Positions 39,005-49,261 are shown, numbered from the stretch's first letter. The stretch is 64,000 nucleotides of DNA from a virus (IMGVR_UViG_3300036790_000500:43054-107053), one strand, 5' to 3'. The notes: generated by a model from the sequence alone, not told the origin. A program made the numbers and translations.

Positions 39005-40684
39005 ATGCGCAAGGCCTCCGTCAAGGAGGAGATTATCAAGTGCGGACTGGACCCGGCGTACTTCATCAACAAGTACGTTAAGATTAGGCATCCCGTTCGC
39101 GGTCTCATTCCGTTTAAACTATTTGAGTACCAGGGCAAGACCCTCGAGTTCTTCAGAAAGAAGCGCTTCAACGTCGTTCTGAAGCCTCGGCAGATGGGCT
39201 TCACCGAACTCACGGCCGCGTTCATCACGTGGCTGATGCTCTTTCACCCGAACCAGTCGATTCTGGCCCTCGCGACCAAGTCCGACACCGCGAAGCAAAT
39301 CGTTCGCCGGTGTCGAGTGGCCCTGAAGTCGCTTCCGAGGTGGCTCCTAATCGCTGACATCACGACCGACAACAAGACCGGTCTTGAGTTGGCCAATGGG
39401 TCGTTCGTGAAGGCCGTCAGCAAGTCGGCCGACGCCGGTCGTTCGGAGGCGCTGTCGCTCCTGGTCGTTGACGAGGCGGCGCACATCGAGGGCTTCGATG
39501 ACATCTGGACCGGCATCAAGCCGACCATCTCCGCCGGCGGTCGAATCATCATGCTCTCGACGCCGAAGGGCGTTGGCAACGTGTACCACCAGACCTACAC
39601 CGAGGCCTTGGAGGGCAGGAACGACTTCAACCCGATTCGGGTTGACTGGTGGGAGCATCCCGAGCACGTCGAGGAACTCACCCTTGACCCGAAGACCAAC
39701 AAGTACACCTCGAAGTGGTTCAAGCGGGAGACCAAGGGCTTCTCCCAGCGACAGATTGCGCAGGAGTACGAGTGCGAGTTCCTGGGTTCGGGTGACACGT
39801 TCTTCGCGCCTGAGGACATCGCCCGCATCATGCAGACCCAGGTCGAACAGTCCATGGACGAAGGCCTGCATGTCTACGCTGAGCCCCTGCCGGGACGCAA
39901 GTACATCCTCGGGATTGACTCCGCGACCGGCCGCGCCTTCGATTGCGGCGGCGTCCAGGTCATCGACATTGAGTCCATGGACCAAGTGGCCGAGTTGAAC
40001 GTCCACCAACTGCCCAATGACTTCGCCCAGGCCCTGATGGCGCTGGGCTACAGGTACAACACCGGACTCCTGGTTGTGGAGAACAACGCCGTCGGAATGG
40101 CGGTCATCGAGCACATCAAACTCGCGGGCTACCCGAACTTCTTCTACTGCAAGAAGGGGACCAAGGCCGGCGACAAGTTGGGGGAGTCAGGCAACGCCGC
40201 CGAGGGGTCGATGCCCAAGGACTTCATTCACGGCGTAATGACCCTCGGACCGAACCGCTCCTTCATGCTTAGCAAACTTGAGGAGTTCATTCGGACCGGC
40301 ATCGTTCGCGTCCGTAGTCCCCGCTTTCGAGCGGAGATGGAGACGTTCGTATGGAACGGTGACCGGGCGGAGGCCCGGAGCGGTAAACGCGACGACCTCA
40401 TCATGGCCATGGCCCTGGCCGTCTGGGTCCGTGACAACATCTACGGCGGGGTCTATAACACCCCGGGCCTAGCTGCGGCCATGATGAACGCCATGAAGAT
40501 TAACCGGACCCAGAACACCCAGGTCCAAGGGGCATCCAAGAACCCAGACCACGTTCCGGTGCGGTCCATGGGCACCTTCAACATCAGCACCTCGGCCAGA
40601 CCACATGTGGTTCCGCTGCCGAGCGGTCGAGGCTACATAGACCTCATGGCTGAGATGGGCATGTACGTTCCGAGGAGGCGCTGA
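39005..40684 (+). CDS. terL: Terminase large subunit (T4 gp17-like)
   Basis: VVLKPRQMGFT, LLVVDEAAHI, MLSTPKG, QEYECEF, LGIDSATG, VVENN and DDLIMA motifs. Confidence 0.95.
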   Translation: MRKASVKEEIIKCGLDPAYFINKYVKIRHPVRGLIPFKLFEYQGKTLEFFRKKRFNVVLKPRQMGFTELTAAFITWLMLFHPNQSILALATKSDTAKQIVRRCRVALKSLPRWLLIADITTDNKTGLELANGSFVKAVSKSADAGRSEALSLLVVDEAAHIEGFDDIWTGIKPTISAGGRIIMLSTPKGVGNVYHQTYTEALEGRNDFNPIRVDWWEHPEHVEELTLDPKTNKYTSKWFKRETKGFSQRQIAQEYECEFLGSGDTFFAPEDIARIMQTQVEQSMDEGLHVYAEPLPGRKYILGIDSATGRAFDCGGVQVIDIESMDQVAELNVHQLPNDFAQALMALGYRYNTGLLVVENNAVGMAVIEHIKLAGYPNFFYCKKGTKAGDKLGESGNAAEGSMPKDFIHGVMTLGPNRSFMLSKLEEFIRTGIVRVRSPRFRAEMETFVWNGDRAEARSGKRDDLIMAMALAVWVRDNIYGGVYNTPGLAAAMMNAMKINRTQNTQVQGASKNPDHVPVRSMGTFNISTSARPHVVPLPSGRGYIDLMAEMGMYVPRRR

Positions 40685-43600
40685 TGGCCGGTGAAGAGAC
40701 AGTCTGGCGCAGGCTAACGCGGCTGTTCCGCAGCGGGCCCATCGTCCGCCATAAGATTGCGAACGGCGAACGCCTCCAGGAGCCGCAGGGCACGGCCCGG
40801 GCCTTCAAGAAGGAACTGAGTTCGCTCTACGTCCGAGCCCTGGCCTCCTACGCCAACTACGAGCGGCTCTCGAGATACTGCGTCACAGGAGACACTCTTG
40901 TTGCAGTGAACCTCGAGGAGGGGAACATCCGCATCGATGAACTCGTTCAAAGAGTTGCAAACGGCGAGGACATTCGGGTCTTTTCGTATGACAACTCACG
41001 TGATGAGTTAGTTGCGACTCCCATCGAAAGGGCGGTATGCAACGGTGAACGGGAAGTCTGTGAAGTTGAACTAGACGATGGAAGCGTCATTCGCTGCACC
41101 CCTGACCATCGTTTCATGCTGCGCGACGGAACGTATCGTGAGGCCAAGGACCTCACACCGAGCACAGCACTCATGCCGTTCCACCGCAAGGAGTGGGGCG
41201 GCAAGCGCGGCGAGTACCGGTACGTCTACTCGTACTCCCGCGGATGGGTTCCAGAGCACGTCATTGTCGCCGAGAGCGTCACCGGTGAGCGGTACGTCCG
41301 CGAGGGCGGCATCCACATCCACCACAAGAACTTCAAGCACCGTGACAACAGAGCGGACAATCTTCAACCGCTGCCGGCCGCCGACCACCTGGCGCTTCAC
41401 GCCCGTATCAACAACAAGCGCTTCGAGGACCCAACGGAACGGGAGAAGCAGGCGGAGCACGCGCGACGTCGATGGGCCACCGGAGGTGACCTCAGGACGT
41501 CACAGGAGAATGGCTCCATTGTGTCTGAGCGAGGTCGGGAGGCGCACCGTGCCTGGATGGTGGACTTCAATAAGAAGAACAAACCGGGGACAGGCAATGC
41601 AGGACGGACCGACCAGGTCGGTCTCGATAACGCCAACGCAGACAAGTCACTGACCTATCAGACCATCTGTGACGCGTATCGTCCCAACATGGAACTATCG
41701 ACGCTCTGCTCTCAGGTCGGAGCGTCTCGATACAAGGTCCTCAAGCGTCTAAAATGGGCCGGCTTCCAATCATTCGACGACTTCGAAGAGAACTACACCA
41801 ACCACAAAGTCGTCGCGGTGCGCATGACTGGAGCAGTCGAAAAGGTCTACGACCTCACCGTCGCACCCCATCATAACTTCGCTATCTCATCGCAGAGTGG
41901 AAAAAGTTTAATAATAATCCACAACAGCGATTACAACGAAATGGAGTATACACCCGAGTTGCACTCGGCCCTTGACATCTACTCCGACGAGGCCACAGTC
42001 AAGAACGACGACGGCAACGTAGTGGAGGTCACGTCCAGGAACGCAGAGATAAAGGAGGTCCTCGAGACCCTGTTCTTCGACATCCTGAACCTCAACTTCA
42101 ATGCCTGGTCGTGGATGCGGCATTTCTGTAAATTTGGCGATTTCGTCCTCTTCGTGGACGCTGACGAGGAGCACGGCATCCTCAACCTGGTGCCGATTCC
42201 CATCAATGAAATCGAGCGTGAGGAGGGCTTCGACGCCAAGGACCCGCTGGCGGTCCGCTTCCGCTGGCTCACCCGCGGCAACACTATTCTGGAGAACTGG
42301 CAGGTCGTGCACTTCCGTCTCCTCGGAAACGATGCCTACCTGCCATACGGGTCGTCCGTCCTCGAGCCGGCCCGTCGCATCTGGCGGCAGTTGATTCTCA
42401 TCGAGGACGCGATGCTCGTCTACCGCGTCGTTCGCTCCCCCGAGCGGCGCGTGTTCCACATCGAGGTCGCGAACACGCCACCGGACCAGATTGATGCCTT
42501 CATCGAACAGGTGAAGACCCAACTCAAGCGCAACACAATCGTCGATAACGAGACCGGCCGCGTCGACCTCCGGTACAATCCGCTGTCTGTGGAGGAGGAC
42601 TACTTTCTGCCGAAGCGCGGCGACGTTCAGTCCCAGATAGACACCCTGGCCGGCGGACAGTTTCCAGTACGCCGAGATACCCTTATTCCATTGCTCGATG
42701 GACGGCTCATCACCATCGAGCAGTTGGCCGCCGAGTACGACGACGGTAAGGAGAACTGGGTTCACTCAGTCAAATCCGGGTCGAACGCTTTCGTTCCGGG
42801 CAAGGTCGTTTGGTGCGGACGCAATTACGCCTGTGACCGCCTACACCGAGTTTGGTTGGACGATGGCTCATACGTCGACATGGCTCCTGAGCATCCAATC
42901 GTGATGCGTGACGGCAGTAGCAAGCGCGCCGATGAGGTCAAGCCCGGCGAAAGCGTCATGCCTTTTCGTTGCCGCCGTGAATGGCTCGGAGACCATGACT
43001 ACGAGATGGTCCAAGACACCGCCGATGACACGTGGAAGTTTATTCATCGACAGGTAGCCGGCCCTCATGGCATCTCTGAGGCCCACCTCCGTAGCGGTGA
43101 GGGCGCCGTGGCCCTTCACCACGTGGACTTCAATCGCTTCAATAATCGACCGGATAACCTCCGTTGGATGGGCCGGCTTGAGCACATCAGGTTGCATGGG
43201 GAGAACGCCGCTCGAAACCTCCACACGCCTGAGATGGACGCTGAGAATGCTCAGCGAATGATTGAGTACAACAGGTCTCCTGAAGGTCGAGCCGCCAGGG
43301 CCGCCCGGGATTTCCTCGATGTGACACCGGCCAATCATACCGTGCTCCGGGTCGAGATACTGGACGGCGTGACCGATGACGTCTTCTGCATGACCGTCGT
43401 CGGTCCTGACGGTGAGGACGACCGCCACAACTTCGCTGTCGTGACCAGGCTTCAAGACGGCTCCATCCCATCCAACTGGGGAGGACTGTTCGTAAAAAAC
43501 ACCGGAGACATTGATGACGTCCGGTACATCCAGTCGAAGATGTTCGCGGCCATCAAGATTCCTCGGGCGTATCTCGGGTACGAGGACCAGATTGGCTCGA

Positions 43601-44433
43601 AGTCGACCCTGGCGCAGGAGGACGTGAGATTCGCCAAGACGATTGAGCGCATCCAGTCCCTCTTCGTCTCCGAGTTGAACAAGATTGCCATCATTCACCT
43701 CTATCTGCTCGGCTATCAGGGCTCGGACCTGACGAACTTCGACATCACGCTGGCCTCCCCGTCGACGGTGGCAGAGCAACAGAAGTTGGAGTTGTGGCGG
43801 ATGAAGCTTGAGGTCGCGGGGATGGCCCAGGAGGGCGTCTTCGACCGCAACTTCGTGTATCGCAAGATATTCAGTCTAAACGACAAGCAGATTGCGGCCA
43901 TCAAGGACGGCAAGCGGACCGACAAACTGGAGGACGCCCTCCTGGAGTCGATTCAGGCGCCGCCGCCCCCCGGCGGTGAGCCCCCTCCGGCCGGCGGTCC
44001 TGAGCCCGAGCCGGCCGCTCCGGGAGCGGACGAGTTGCCGAACACCCTCGGCGGTCCCGCTCCCGGCGAGGGAGGTGGCGGAGGCGGTGAGCCGCCGCCG
44101 GTCACCGCCGGTCTCTCTCTCCCCGGCTCCGTGATGGCCGAGGCCAAGTTCAACCGCGGCTCGACCGGCAACCGGGCCGAGTTGGCCGTCGACAGGGGCC
44201 GCAACCTCTTCTCGACCGGTGAGGACCCCCTGAAACTGACCTTCGGGACCGAGAAGCAGACCGCGTCCGACCCGTACGACCGCCGAACCCGCAACCGCGG
44301 AATCACCCGACCGTTCTCCGAGACGTCCGCGGAACCGGACTTCGATGAGATGCCCGGCTCGTCCCAGGTGGACGAGGTTGAGGAGATGTTGCAGAAAGTT
44401 TCAGAGTGGCTTAACCGCCGAGACGGTCGCTGA
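40684..44433 (+). CDS. Portal protein (T4 gp20-like) with two inteins; about 621 aa after splicing
   Basis: ALDIYSDE, EDAMLVYRVVRSPERRVF, EEDYFLP, IDTLAGGQ, DIDDVRY and KIPRAYL motifs. Confidence 0.95.
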   Translation: MAGEETVWRRLTRLFRSGPIVRHKIANGERLQEPQGTARAFKKELSSLYVRALASYANYERLSRYCVTGDTLVAVNLEEGNIRIDELVQRVANGEDIRVFSYDNSRDELVATPIERAVCNGEREVCEVELDDGSVIRCTPDHRFMLRDGTYREAKDLTPSTALMPFHRKEWGGKRGEYRYVYSYSRGWVPEHVIVAESVTGERYVREGGIHIHHKNFKHRDNRADNLQPLPAADHLALHARINNKRFEDPTEREKQAEHARRRWATGGDLRTSQENGSIVSERGREAHRAWMVDFNKKNKPGTGNAGRTDQVGLDNANADKSLTYQTICDAYRPNMELSTLCSQVGASRYKVLKRLKWAGFQSFDDFEENYTNHKVVAVRMTGAVEKVYDLTVAPHHNFAISSQSGKSLIIIHNSDYNEMEYTPELHSALDIYSDEATVKNDDGNVVEVTSRNAEIKEVLETLFFDILNLNFNAWSWMRHFCKFGDFVLFVDADEEHGILNLVPIPINEIEREEGFDAKDPLAVRFRWLTRGNTILENWQVVHFRLLGNDAYLPYGSSVLEPARRIWRQLILIEDAMLVYRVVRSPERRVFHIEVANTPPDQIDAFIEQVKTQLKRNTIVDNETGRVDLRYNPLSVEEDYFLPKRGDVQSQIDTLAGGQFPVRRDTLIPLLDGRLITIEQLAAEYDDGKENWVHSVKSGSNAFVPGKVVWCGRNYACDRLHRVWLDDGSYVDMAPEHPIVMRDGSSKRADEVKPGESVMPFRCRREWLGDHDYEMVQDTADDTWKFIHRQVAGPHGISEAHLRSGEGAVALHHVDFNRFNNRPDNLRWMGRLEHIRLHGENAARNLHTPEMDAENAQRMIEYNRSPEGRAARAARDFLDVTPANHTVLRVEILDGVTDDVFCMTVVGPDGEDDRHNFAVVTRLQDGSIPSNWGGLFVKNTGDIDDVRYIQSKMFAAIKIPRAYLGYEDQIGSKSTLAQEDVRFAKTIERIQSLFVSELNKIAIIHLYLLGYQGSDLTNFDITLASPSTVAEQQKLELWRMKLEVAGMAQEGVFDRNFVYRKIFSLNDKQIAAIKDGKRTDKLEDALLESIQAPPPPGGEPPPAGGPEPEPAAPGADELPNTLGGPAPGEGGGGGGEPPPVTAGLSLPGSVMAEAKFNRGSTGNRAELAVDRGRNLFSTGEDPLKLTFGTEKQTASDPYDRRTRNRGITRPFSETSAEPDFDEMPGSSQVDEVEEMLQKVSEWLNRRDGR
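40879..41925 (+). mobile_element. Intein 1 in portal (349 aa) with HNH endonuclease
   Basis: Begins CVTGDT; block B CTPDHRF; HNH IHHKNFKHRDNRADNL; block F VYDLTV..HHNF; ends IHN followed by Ser. Confidence 0.92.
42664..43500 (+). mobile_element. Intein 2 in portal (279 aa), Pro-initiated, with HNH endonuclease
   Basis: Begins PVRRDTLIPLLDG; block B APEHP; HNH LHHVDFNRFNNRPDNL; block F VFCMTV...HNF; ends VKN followed by Thr. Removal restores GGQF|TGDIDD. Confidence 0.85.
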
Positions 44434-44459
44434 GCATAGGTACGAACGGAGGAATTGAG

Positions 44460-45308
44460 ATGCGGAAGCTGTCTCACAACAAGCGCAGGAACGTCGGACT
44501 CGTCTACGAGTTCCTTTCAAGGGTCGTGACTGAGGCCGTCATGGCCAAGGACCAGTCCCGAACGGCGGCGGCTCTGGCCATCGTCTCGGAGCACCTCGCA
44601 GAGGGGTGCCCGCTCTATTCGGAACTCTCCCTGCATCGACAGGTGATGGAGACCAAGGGCGTCTCCGAGCGTCTCGCTAGACGCATCGTGGATGAACTGA
44701 AGGCCGCCGGCGTGCGAACGTCCGCGGCCCGGCCCATCCTTGAGCGAGCAAAGACCGAACTCATCCATGAAATGAACCGGGCCCTCGGTCGAGAGGTCTT
44801 CGACCGATATCGCATCCCGGACTACACGGCACACGCGTCCGTGAGCATCCTGATGACTCGCGGCATGTCCGGGCGCATCGATGAGGGCGTCGACCTGGCC
44901 CGGGTCGAGGACCACCTCCTCGAGTACCTGACTCGACCTGCGAGTGAGGCCGTTCGATACGACCCCGATGCCTCGCTGTATGCCTACAAGACCGCCGTCG
45001 GTCTCTTCGAGCAGGAGTTCGGGCGGGAGTTGACCTCCGCGCAGGCCGAGTTGCTTCAGGAGTACGTTCGCGTGAGCCTCGGCGGCAACCCGGCTCCATT
45101 CGAGCGGACGTTCGAGCGGCAGCGCCGGCACCTCCATGAGGCCCTTCGGACCAGGCGGACCGACGACGTCTTCCGCGACGACGCCGAGATGGCCACCCGT
45201 CTCGACGAGGCCCTTGCTGAACTCGATGGGCTGCGTCCGTCCGTCGACGACGAGGCCGTCGAGAGCCTCCTTCTCTTTCACAATCTGCACCGTGAGGTCT
45301 TCTCCTGA
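44460..45308 (+). CDS. Head-module hypothetical protein
   Basis: Begins HNKRRNVGLVYEFL; helical; follows portal; GGAGG RBS. Confidence 0.7.
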   Translation: MRKLSHNKRRNVGLVYEFLSRVVTEAVMAKDQSRTAAALAIVSEHLAEGCPLYSELSLHRQVMETKGVSERLARRIVDELKAAGVRTSAARPILERAKTELIHEMNRALGREVFDRYRIPDYTAHASVSILMTRGMSGRIDEGVDLARVEDHLLEYLTRPASEAVRYDPDASLYAYKTAVGLFEQEFGRELTSAQAELLQEYVRVSLGGNPAPFERTFERQRRHLHEALRTRRTDDVFRDDAEMATRLDEALAELDGLRPSVDDEAVESLLLFHNLHREVFS

Positions 45309-46762
45309 TGAGCAAGAACAACAAGAATGAGGCGCCCATGAACTGGGACGTCTCCGACACCCCGGAGGAGCCGATGCAGTCGCGTGACCCGCGCAAGGCC
45401 CCGCCGATTCCCGTCCGCGTTACCCACGTGAAGGACGCCTCCGGTCGCCCCGTGAAGCCGCCGAAGTTCCTGCCGGGGGCGACCAACGCCCCGTACACTC
45501 GGACCCGTCAGGAGGCCCGCGCCGGCACCGCCACGCTCGCTCCCACCGGCACCGACCAGACCCCGCCGCCGGGCTCGTCCAACAGCCAAGGGGGTCGGAC
45601 GTGGATGGTCACCGTTCCCGGCCTCGGTGAGTACCGCGTCGAGGACGCCGGCACGGCCGAGGAGGCCAAGCAGGGCCTTGCCACCTGGTTCCAGGAGGAC
45701 CAGGAGCAGGGACAGGCCCGCTACCTCGACCCGAAGCGCTTCACCGTTCGTCCGGCGATGGCCGGCGAGGGAGTTGGGGCCGCAGCCATGGGCGGACAGG
45801 CCCAGACCGCTAGTCCCGATGAGGCCTATGAGGCTCGACTCAAGGAGGCGATTCGCGCCCACGTTCGTGAGGTCGTTCGCAAGAAGGCCGGCGGCGGCGG
45901 GTACGTCCTCTACGGTCCGAACAAGGGCAAGAAGAAGAACCCCAAGCCCGCCGGTGAGTTCCCGACGCGCCTCGCCGCCAAGCGCGCTGAACTCGCCCGT
46001 TTTCCACCCAAGGACCCTGAGCAGTTGAAGAAGATGCGCTCGCGCCTCGATAAACTCAACAAGGACCCGAAGAAGCGCGCCGCGGCTGAACTCAAGGACC
46101 TGACCGGGCGAAAGGCCGCCAAAAAGAGCGGCTCACCGGCCGGGTCCCGGAAGAAGAAGACCGAGGCCATCGTCCGAATGATGGTTCGAGACATCCAGGA
46201 ACGCCTCTTCCGTGACGAGGAGGTCCCGGGTTCGCCGTGGGACGAGCGGATTGATTCGCTGCATCCCGAGGCGCTCGCCTCGGACAAGAAGTTGGCGGCC
46301 CATCACAAGAACATGGAGACCGCCTCAATCGGTGCCCTCGGTGACGCCCACAAGTCCCTGGCCAAGGCCCTGCGCGGCATGGCCAAGGTTCACCCCGGCG
46401 ACGTGGCCCATGACCCGGAGCGTCGGAAGACGTTCATGCCGGTCAACCTGGACGTCGACGGCGATGAGATTGGACCCATTCACCTCTACGTCGACGGCGG
46501 CCACGTGAAGATTGAGATGTCACCGGACGCCCGTGAGGCAATCGGAAAGCTTGAGCCTCCGCAGGCCCGGGACCTCCGTGGAGGCCTGATGTCGTTCGAG
46601 GAGGACTACCTTCCGAGAATCGATAGGGCGAAGAAGGCCTGGAACGAGCGCGACGCGTACCTCGACAAGATGCACGGCAAACTGAAGAAGCAGGTCGGCG
46701 GCATGTCGGACGTGGAGTCCCACCTGGCTCGCCAACTTCTGAACAAGAACCGGAGGCGCTGA
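45308..46762 (+). CDS. Putative prohead core/internal protein (basic, K-rich segment)
   Basis: LKEAIR..VREVVRKK...YVLY...GEFPT...AK.AE; located between portal and protease. Confidence 0.6.
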   Translation: MSKNNKNEAPMNWDVSDTPEEPMQSRDPRKAPPIPVRVTHVKDASGRPVKPPKFLPGATNAPYTRTRQEARAGTATLAPTGTDQTPPPGSSNSQGGRTWMVTVPGLGEYRVEDAGTAEEAKQGLATWFQEDQEQGQARYLDPKRFTVRPAMAGEGVGAAAMGGQAQTASPDEAYEARLKEAIRAHVREVVRKKAGGGGYVLYGPNKGKKKNPKPAGEFPTRLAAKRAELARFPPKDPEQLKKMRSRLDKLNKDPKKRAAAELKDLTGRKAAKKSGSPAGSRKKKTEAIVRMMVRDIQERLFRDEEVPGSPWDERIDSLHPEALASDKKLAAHHKNMETASIGALGDAHKSLAKALRGMAKVHPGDVAHDPERRKTFMPVNLDVDGDEIGPIHLYVDGGHVKIEMSPDAREAIGKLEPPQARDLRGGLMSFEEDYLPRIDRAKKAWNERDAYLDKMHGKLKKQVGGMSDVESHLARQLLNKNRRR

Positions 46763-46765
46763 GCA

Positions 46766-47371
46766 ATGGTCACCAACCGCCGAATCCTTCGTGAATGGGA
46801 GGCCTTGGTTCCCGACCGCGGCTTCATCGTGGAGTCGCGTGAGCAGAACAACGGTCGCCTGTTCCTCAGGGGGCCGATGCAGCGTGCCGAGGCCCCGAAC
46901 CAGAACAAGCGCATCTATCCCCGCAGCCTCCTCAGGCGTGAGTTCGAGAACTACCAGAAGCAGGTCCGGGAGGGACGGGCCACCGGTGAACTCGACCACC
47001 CTGAGACGTCAACGGTGAGCCTAGAGAAGGTCTCCCACGTCGTCCGGGAGATGGGATGGGAGGGCGACACCTGGGTCGGCCGAATTGAGGTCCTGCCGAC
47101 CCCCTGTGGGAAAATCGCCGAGACGTTAATCGAGTCCGGCATCACCCTCGGCATCTCTAGCCGAGGCGTCGGCAGCACGAGCACGAATGAGTCCGGTCTC
47201 GACATGGTGCAGGACGACTTCACCCTCGTAACCTTTGACCTCGTGCAGGAGCCGAGCACCCACGGTGCCTTCATGACCCTGGGTGAGTCCGTCGACCGGA
47301 GCGGAGGTCCGGTCCTGAGTCGCGCCGACCGCATCAATCGCGTGTTGAATGACATTAGGAGTCGCAAGTGA
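46766..47371 (+). CDS. Prohead maturation protease (T4 gp21-like)
   Basis: NQNKRIYP, GELDHP, KVSHVV, LPTPCG, GISSRGVGS and FDLVQEPST motifs. Confidence 0.95.
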   Translation: MVTNRRILREWEALVPDRGFIVESREQNNGRLFLRGPMQRAEAPNQNKRIYPRSLLRREFENYQKQVREGRATGELDHPETSTVSLEKVSHVVREMGWEGDTWVGRIEVLPTPCGKIAETLIESGITLGISSRGVGSTSTNESGLDMVQDDFTLVTFDLVQEPSTHGAFMTLGESVDRSGGPVLSRADRINRVLNDIRSRK

Positions 47372-47976
47372 GCCAGCCCGCCAAGGCCCTTCGTGAGGCA
47401 ATCGATAGGATGGTTCGTGAGTCCCTCGAGCGTCTTCTGCCCGAGGTGATGAACGAGGTCCTGCTCCGCGCCATCGCCAACTCCGGTGTCATGACCGAGC
47501 GACGGGAGCCGGCTTCCCGTCAACCCCCGGTGCGTCCGCAGGCCCGTCGCTCTTCGCAGCAGCAGAAGCCGCGCCGCCCCGACCTGAGCGGCTACCTCGA
47601 TGAGTCCGCCGGCGCGGACTTCTATGAGCGGGCCGTCTCGCGGATGCCGCAGCGTGACGACGACGCGACTGAGGAGACGGTGAGTGAGGAGCGGCAAGCC
47701 CCGTCACTGTCCTCCCGTCTCAACTCGCTTCCTCCTGAACTTCGGGAGATGGCCGAGGACATGGACCTCTCCGCCGACACGGACTTCGGCTCAGTCGACC
47801 CGAGTCCGGTGGCCGCTGGGAAGTCGATAGGGCTCGACTTCTCCGCGATGAAGCGGACGATTAACATGACGGAGGGCTCGAAGGGACCGGCCCTTGACCC
47901 ACGAGCGAAGGCCAAGTTCGAGGAACAACGAATCGCTCGCATGCGCGCGGAGCTTGACGGTGGAAAACAGGTCTAA
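47368..47976 (+). CDS. Putative prohead core protein
   Basis: LREAIDRMVRES N-terminus; head module. Confidence 0.6.
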   Translation: MSQPAKALREAIDRMVRESLERLLPEVMNEVLLRAIANSGVMTERREPASRQPPVRPQARRSSQQQKPRRPDLSGYLDESAGADFYERAVSRMPQRDDDATEETVSEERQAPSLSSRLNSLPPELREMAEDMDLSADTDFGSVDPSPVAAGKSIGLDFSAMKRTINMTEGSKGPALDPRAKAKFEEQRIARMRAELDGGKQV

Positions 47977-48562
47977 GACGCTCTCCCTGCTGCGAGAGGC
48001 GTTCCTGGCCGAGGACCCATCGGGTTACAGCCAGGCCCAGGCCCACCCCGAGCCGATGGACCCGAACGACCGACTTAGGCAACAGACCCAGGCCCGGTCC
48101 GGAGACTATCCGTACGACATGCCCGTGATGTACGGCCGCGACGTGGGCACCGACATGGGTGGCGCGGCCTACCAGTTGCCCGCACCCGACGGCAAGCCCC
48201 CCGTGCCGCAGCATCGGAAGGCCAGCGACTGGCAGCCGAAGGACGCCTACGGCCTCCAAAGCGGCCAGGAGAACGAGGACCGCGGCTACGACGCCCTGGA
48301 CCCCGACGTCGGCCGCTCCGACTACTACGAGCCCGGGAGCCAGGCCGACGACGCCGCCGAGTTCGGCTACGGTAAGCACGGATTGGGCGGCGACGGCCTC
48401 GGCCTGGAGGACTACTTCCCGGCCCACGCCACGCACAAGAGCCTGAGCGACTTCCTTGACTCGGAACCCGACCACGACGGCGGGGACCGGGACGAGCGGA
48501 CTACTTACGACGAATGGATTGAGGAGATGTCCGTCAGTCCCGAGGAGATTCCCAGCACATGA
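47960..48562 (+). CDS. Acidic hypothetical protein
   Basis: GTG at 47960 with GGAG upstream; LLREAFLAE; D/E-rich. Confidence 0.6.
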   Translation: MENRSKTLSLLREAFLAEDPSGYSQAQAHPEPMDPNDRLRQQTQARSGDYPYDMPVMYGRDVGTDMGGAAYQLPAPDGKPPVPQHRKASDWQPKDAYGLQSGQENEDRGYDALDPDVGRSDYYEPGSQADDAAEFGYGKHGLGGDGLGLEDYFPAHATHKSLSDFLDSEPDHDGGDRDERTTYDEWIEEMSVSPEEIPST

Positions 48563-49077
48563 AGGTCACCATCACTGAGTTCCGCTCCCTCCTCGCTGAG
48601 GCCGTTCGGCAGGTAGTCGCAGAGGCGAAGAGGAAGCCGAAACTGCACGCCCCTCGTTCCGAGGAGTCAATCGCTGACGAACGGGACCGGCAACTTCGCG
48701 GACTTCCGGGCTTCCATCACTCCGAGCCGAACAGTTTCGCCAAGCCGCTCGGCAAGCGTAACATCGTAAAGCGCCAGGGAGCCGCGGGAATGGGCAATTG
48801 GACCTCTGAGGCGCTCGAGCCCAGTGGCGGCTCCGTCAAGAGCAAGGCCCAGGAACTAATGGCCTTCTGTAAGTGGTCAGGCATGGACCAGAGGAAGGCC
48901 ACGGAGTACGTCGCGAGGTACCTGAAGCAGAACTCCCCGTTGGTCAATCCCGAAGACAACGGCTTGGACGACCCCCAGGACCTCGGCATCGAATCGACGC
49001 CGATGGCCAACGAGGGGCTCAAGGCCTTGGTGCGCATGGTCGTTGACGAGGAAGTCCGGGTCAAGCGTGGACGTTAA
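48559..49077 (+). CDS. Putative prohead core protein
   Basis: MKVTITEFRSLLAEAVRQVVAE...LKALVRMVVDEE. Confidence 0.6.
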   Translation: MKVTITEFRSLLAEAVRQVVAEAKRKPKLHAPRSEESIADERDRQLRGLPGFHHSEPNSFAKPLGKRNIVKRQGAAGMGNWTSEALEPSGGSVKSKAQELMAFCKWSGMDQRKATEYVARYLKQNSPLVNPEDNGLDDPQDLGIESTPMANEGLKALVRMVVDEEVRVKRGR

Positions 49078-49261
49078 GCCCTTCAGGCCGGTCCAAGTGA
49101 CCACCGAGGAGTGCGACGGCTCCTTTGATAGGATGCTCCGTCGCTTCATCCGGCGCAGTCGGGAGTCCGGCGTGATGGAGGAACTGCGGGACCGCCGCGG
49201 CTTCGTGAAGCCGTCCCAACGCCGTCGCCGGCGTCCCAAAACCCGTCCCGCGGGTCGATAA
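49067..49261 (+). CDS. rpsU: Ribosomal protein bS21 homolog
   Basis: VQV.....GSFDRMLRRFIRR..ESGVMEELRDRRGFVKPSQRRRRR matches the bS21 pattern; GTG at 49067. Confidence 0.85.
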   Translation: MDVKPFRPVQVTTEECDGSFDRMLRRFIRRSRESGVMEELRDRRGFVKPSQRRRRRPKTRPAGR

